From positions 247,733-311,732 of the forward strand of contig NMRA01000431.1 in assembly GCA_002633005.1 (NCBI GenBank): 64,000 nucleotides of DNA. Reading direction: 5' to 3'. The translations under genes were made by a program, and so were the position numbers. Position 1 is the stretch's first letter. Each line of letters begins with the position of its first letter. Shown piece by piece: positions 60,801 to 64,000 of this stretch. The DNA comes from Phoronis australis (lineage: Eukaryota > Animalia > Phoronida). The notes below the pieces were generated by a model. That model was not told the origin of the DNA. It saw only the letters and a list, made by a program, of their open reading frames with translations, and searched no databases.

Positions 60801-63800
60801 TTCCCGTCTGTCAGCAGTATGTGACGCTATGGAGGTAGCACATCGTTATCCCGCTCTGTAACAAGAAAAATGACAGTATATGTATATCTATATATATATA
60901 CATAAATGTAACTGGCACAGCTAATTGAATAGTACCAGCGAAATACCTCTTGTCATATCGCATTACAAGTAAAATAACATTAGTTTAGATTGACGTACAG
61001 ACCCGCCTATTCTAAGGTTTGACGTTGGGGGTCCGTTGGCTATTCGATTATCAGTTACAAATAAACACGGTCATCTAACGTTCTATCTTTTCCGAACAAA
61101 CTCTGTAATTTAATTGACAAGAGATGATCATTACTTCTTGCTGGTGTTTCTAACACAAATGTTCTGTATGCCGTGTTGTTTAGAAAACTGGAGGCCCTTG
61201 AGCAAACCATTTTCTCTGGTGAGACTGATATCCCCCGGCTATCGCTTTCAAAACTTAACAAATTTGGCTACTTGATGTTTATTTGACTTGTCAATCAAAG
61301 GATGGTTACCCAAAGAGACTTGTTGTACTTGTTGAAATTACTAATCATAAATATTTTGATAAGGCCACTCTAATGTAAAGGTTAGTTGTGTACCACACGG
61401 CAAGTGAGCCTGCCATGGACATTTAGTTCTCATGAGATGTTATTAAAGATAAATTTACAAAACAGAATTTGAGCTGCTCTTTTGACGCTCACGATATCCC
61501 CTGTTCAAGAAGAGGAAAACAACGCGTGCATTGTTAAAATTATTGGCTACAGATTCATTTAAGGTCGGGTGCGGTTTCCTAAATTTGCTGTCAAAATAAT
61601 CACACGTTTATATAACGGTGTGTGGGAGTTGGTTAATAGAAACCCAGGCACTGACACTTGTACCAGGTGTAACAATAGGCAAAGTATCAAAAAGCAAACT
61701 ATAAGTTGCTCATTTTGTTATTGGCTACAATTAATGAGTATTACATTTTTGAATAAAAGATAATTTCACATCTTCGTAGGAATACATGTATCGATGGAAA
61801 TTCCGTAACCTACGCGTTCACACTGTCGCAAATCTGGTGACAAGGGTTGTTGTTAGCAATAGAAGCAGACACCCTCGGTAATGACCAAACATGTTGAAAC
61901 AAACAAATCAACAAACTGAACACTGAGGTGAAATGCTGTCAGATCAATGAATTTCTTCAAATTTACGCCCAGCCTTTCGTCGACAAATTAATGCATTACA
62001 ATTTACTATTCGTCATGCGGTGTTAGCTTCTGGAACGTTTGAATACACGTACTGTTCGGTGCAAACCAGCTGATAGAAAACTTAACAAATTGTGCATACG
62101 CCTCCCCCCAAAAATCGGAATGGTGTTGAATTTCCCACGATGTTTAATGTCAAAATATTTTTGTCTTGTTTGCATGGGTTGTTCCTAGCTTTAGCTCAAC
62201 AAGGTAATAATCAAAAATAAACATTCAAATTGTATTTGAAAAATCAATATCTAGCCTGAAACCGATGTTTGAAATCTTTAAATAGGCTGTGGACCCTAGT
62301 CATTACTATTTCCCGTTTCGTCACAATTTTTGAGTTGTCCACCATTATGACGCGATTTGGACCCATAAATAGGAATAAAATGCAGACACATTACATTTTC
62401 GAAATTTTTTACCGGTCTTGGATTTTTCAAGTATCCACGGGGGCAATTTAGTAGTGGATATTTTTACAAAATTATGTGTTTGAGATAATCAGTGTGGTCG
62501 TACAACGGTTGCATTGAATGCTCCCGACGAGTTCATTGTATGCTCCCCGGGAGTTCATAAGGATTGGGATTGACCAGGTCCATGGCCCGCTAATAATTTT
62601 CGAAGTGATTAATAATTGACAGAGCTACGTAAATCTGGCCTAATTATTATCGTAATTTTTAATTTTGGGTTCTTAACGTGGAGATGGTCAATTTTTTATA
62701 AAGTTGAATAGAGCCAGTAATAATACAGGGCAAAGTGTCATTCAGCACGGTGGCGACTTGAGTATCTCCAATTTGTCATTAACTGTTTGGCTATTAGTGT
62801 CCAACTGTTTTGGGTGTGGAACACGTGCCTTTTACCGCCTAAACAACTGCAGATAGGTTTCAATTCCATGATTTAACAAGTTTTTCTCCAATAATTTTGT
62901 ATGTGACCCCAACAGATAAAGTGAACGAAATGGAAACCACCTTGAAACAACCATGAAAGTGACACGAATCTACGGTAAAACACAGCACAGACTTATAAAA
63001 TTTGACGAGACGTGTTCCATTCACTTAGTACAATCGACAGCCTTCAGCGACTATATGCCACGTTCCAGACAGAGTAATAGGTTAAGTCAGAAGTTAGCAT
63101 TTTTGTTCAAGGTTGTCTTTTCACCGAACATTTTATGTCAGACAAAAAACGACTAAGATGGTTTGCTAAAATTTGCGAATTCGAAAAAGCTGAATATGTA
63201 TGCATTGCCTAGGCTCATTCGATATAATCGTGAAATTAGAAGAACGCTGTAATGCCTTCAATTAAGAATTCAACATTGACAGCTAAATAGCGGAAAAATA
63301 GAACCCTAGAAAAATGTCCAAATTTGGCCAGCTTTGAAACGTCATATGGCTGATCGGATTCATACTAAATTTTCAAATAGTATGATTTATACTCAGTTCC
63401 CTAATATCAGAATCATAATCAGAAATGTTTATTAAATATAAGCCTTGGTCTCATAAGTCAGTTTACATTACAACTTTACTATGATGAAATGTCAGCTCTT
63501 AACACTGTTTTTCTTGAAGTATAAAGCGCCAGGCTTTTTAGTTGTGCATTGAGCATCTAAAACGAGCAAGTTTTTCCTTAAGTAAATGTCTAATAAGTAC
63601 AAGACATTTTAACACTGTAGTTCTATATTGATAGTACAATATAATTGATACTTAGTCGAATTATTAGTTACAGATTAACAGTTTTGAACGGTACTGTCAA
63701 ACAATCTCTGACGAAATTATAAAAGAAATCAATCTACATCACCCGGTCCGTATTAATTATACCCTCCATGCGTAGTTACCTAATACGAAAAGTTCTACTT

Positions 63801-64000
63801 TTGTACGAAGGCTATCAAAATAAGACTTTTATGATTTTTCTGAAAAAACGTCAAATGAAAGGAAATCGAAATTATAATTTAGAAAACTGTTATGTCATTT
63901 TTTAGATTTCGTGTTGACCATTTACATCAAATCAGATGATCACATTGTTACCATTGTGTTGCCATGAACTTAGCTTTCTTTCTTTGCTAAATTTACTAAA

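Noticed and set aside
61200-61800. Possible second hAT transposase remnant (RVHC-like motif)
   Set aside because: Too degenerate to call without an alignment.
58890-62620. SINE-like fragments near 58.9-59.1 kb and 62.5-62.6 kb
   Set aside because: No recognisable tRNA A/B boxes or second copy in the window.

Overview
This is eukaryotic genomic DNA, AT-rich and intron- and repeat-rich, probably from a marine invertebrate (lophotrochozoan-like; the taxon is an inference). Most ORFs in the supplied track are spurious. Reading splice sites by hand gives five genes. (1) The 5' part of a SIRT2 sirtuin on the - strand, running off the left edge. (2) A complete 10-exon hinderin/KIAA1328 homologue (+, 7417-23870, about 819 aa), head-to-head with SIRT2 and containing a minor-spliceosome AT-AC intron. 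(3, 4) A divergently oriented pair of paralogous genes from a family I do not recognise: gene A (-, about 36.7-30.7 kb, apparently damaged) and gene B (+, 38483-40655 or 46452, intact). (5) A 3-exon acetylcholinesterase-type gene (-, 52432-49161) with a GPI-type tail exon and a possible read-through tail. Mobile DNA includes three Kolobok-like TTAA elements with a THAP relic, four CA..TG elements with 5-bp TSDs, an 8-bp-TSD element with a nested fold-back around an assembly gap, two Helentron/DINE-1-like elements, a CR1 LINE tail and a Harbinger-like element at the AChE stop codon. About 18 young minisatellites are also present. I saw no rRNA, tRNA or CRISPR features. All homology calls come from recalled motifs, not database searches.
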